Below are positions 7,732 to 8,795 of a DNA stretch of 8,795 nucleotides, piece after piece. The translations under genes and the position numbers were made by a program. This stretch comes from Octopus sinensis (lineage: Eukaryota): contig NW_021828314.1 in the NCBI RefSeq assembly GCF_006345805.1, positions 1 through 8,795 on the forward strand. The letters are read 5' to 3'. Below the pieces are notes generated by a model, which worked only from the letters and a program-made list of their open reading frames with translations, did no database searches and was not told where the DNA came from. Each line of letters opens with the position of its first letter. The first letter of the stretch is position 1.

Positions 7732-7860
7732 AATAAGAGAAAAAAAAACTTTTTATAAATGGTAAAGAAAAATACAGAGAAGCGTATGTAAATGACAATA
7801 AGGAATTAAAGGGAAGAATAAGAGAAACAATTTTATAAATGGTAAGGAAAGATACAGAGA
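7732..7860 (+). repeat. Imperfect direct repeat (~45 bp, core offset 80 bp)
   Basis: ttttataaatggtaa(a/g)gaaa(a/g)atacagaga at 7751-7780 and 7831-7860 (28/30 identical). Each copy is preceded by aataagagaaa. Confidence 0.9.
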
Positions 7861-8795
7861 GATCTCACAAACAACCCTCCTGCCAGACGAGCCCAAATCC
7901 TATATACATCACAACTCACCGAAATAGACACCTGCGTGCACCTGCAAAACCCTGTCCCCAACCAGTTAAACCCCTTAATCGGATTAAACGAACAAGAACT
8001 CAGGACGCTACCTGGTTCCACCTCACCTTCACCCTTAATGTTCAGACTCTCTTGAGTACCTAAACTCTTCTTCGCCCCTACTCGAAAAACATTCCCATGA
8101 ATCTAGCCCCCTTATTCAATCCCCAATCTATAAAATTGTTCTACTACACCACCACCAACAACAACAACATTGCCGGAGTTATCCGACATCTTAACAACAA
8201 GAAACTCAGAAATCCACAACCAGCAAACATTCACTCTAATAACTCAACATAACCCTCAGCTCCATACATGTAAACCTAAAACATCAACTGACCCTCTTAA
8301 CAACACTAGCCCTCACAACTCCAACTATTGCTCCACTACCAACACCCAACTATACTTCTTGTAAAAATAGAGAACGACACAGACGATACCACGGGGCACA
8401 ATAATTATCATGTTATACGACTCCACAACACCACTCTCAACTTCCTAACAAATACTAATCTTAACGCCACCAATAATTACGAACCAAACACCGGTTCCTC
8501 ACTAAATAATAATCTCCTCACTAGTTCATCCGGAACACCCCCTACAAACCTATGCAGCTTCAGACACCAAACCTCCTGTCCTTTAGATAACCGCCGTCAC
8601 ACAAAAAAAGCATCGTATACAAGTGTACAATATTAACTGCTAACTGTAACTACTTATATATCGGCTCATGCAGTACCACTGTCAAAGCAAGAGTAAGCAA
8701 CCACTACTCCACATTCAATTCCCCAACAAAATCCAACAGTATATTGTTATCTCAGCCTATCAATAAACTAATGATCGATTCAACTCCTCACACTC
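7861..8795 (+). mobile_element. Decayed Penelope-like retroelement (RT thumb, linker, GIY-YIG endonuclease), continuing beyond the window
   Basis: Joined frames: RIKRTRTQDATWFHLTFTLNVQT (7980-8050), LLEKH, LFNPQSIKLFYYTT..IAGVIRHLNNKKL (8113-8210), CSFRHQTSCPLDNRRHTK (8553-8606). After a frameshift in an A7 run: SIVYKCTILTANCNYLYIGSCSTTVKARVSNHYSTF..NSILLSQ (IVY 8612-8620, YIG 8657-8665, Arg 8690-8692), open to the window end. Confidence 0.9.

Larger units (their letters stand above)
6901..7745 (-). mobile_element. Putative inverted 3' arm of the Penelope-like element (endonuclease C-terminus, 3' UTR, hammerhead-like motif), interrupted by a SINE
   Basis: Minus-strand fragments SLISPASSSYS, CKL, NTLLN and LIASRSRH (7745 to 7593) follow the order of the recalled PLE GIY-YIG C-terminus (SIL..A.SYS..CNLC..LLNKRSELISKCRH). 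Strand purine/pyrimidine skew inverts at ~7860. CUGAUGA...GAAAC lies near the distal end. Confidence 0.4.

Overview
Eukaryotic, repeat-saturated non-coding DNA. The SINE/LINE families and microsatellite load resemble octopod cephalopod genomes (inference from recalled families, not verified). No intact protein-coding gene is present. Most ORFs in the supplied track are translations of microsatellites or low-complexity tracts, and the rest are decayed retroelement frames. Supported content: (1) a decayed, 5'-truncated R4/Dong-type non-LTR retrotransposon on the minus strand (~3775-5057) with CCHC knuckle and restriction-like endonuclease; (2) a younger RTE-clade LINE 3' fragment nested in it (4539-4827, +), with a 9-bp TSD whose removal restores the host frame; (3) a Penelope-like element (PLE) from ~7861 past the window end (+), encoding RT thumb, a long linker, a CxCx5Cx5C-like motif and a GIY-YIG endonuclease, probably with an inverted 3' arm at ~6901-7745; (4) five tRNA-derived SINE copies of about four modular types, plus one remnant; (5) many compound microsatellites. 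The most interesting signals are three hammerhead-ribozyme-like motifs (best at 1307-1361, next to a GNRA hairpin, in a ~300-nt microsatellite-flanked unit), the inverted PLE architecture, a templated ~100-bp insertion into a SINE remnant, and a candidate 46-nt minus-strand micro-exon. I found no convincing wholly new system; the best leads are ribozyme/PLE related and need computation.
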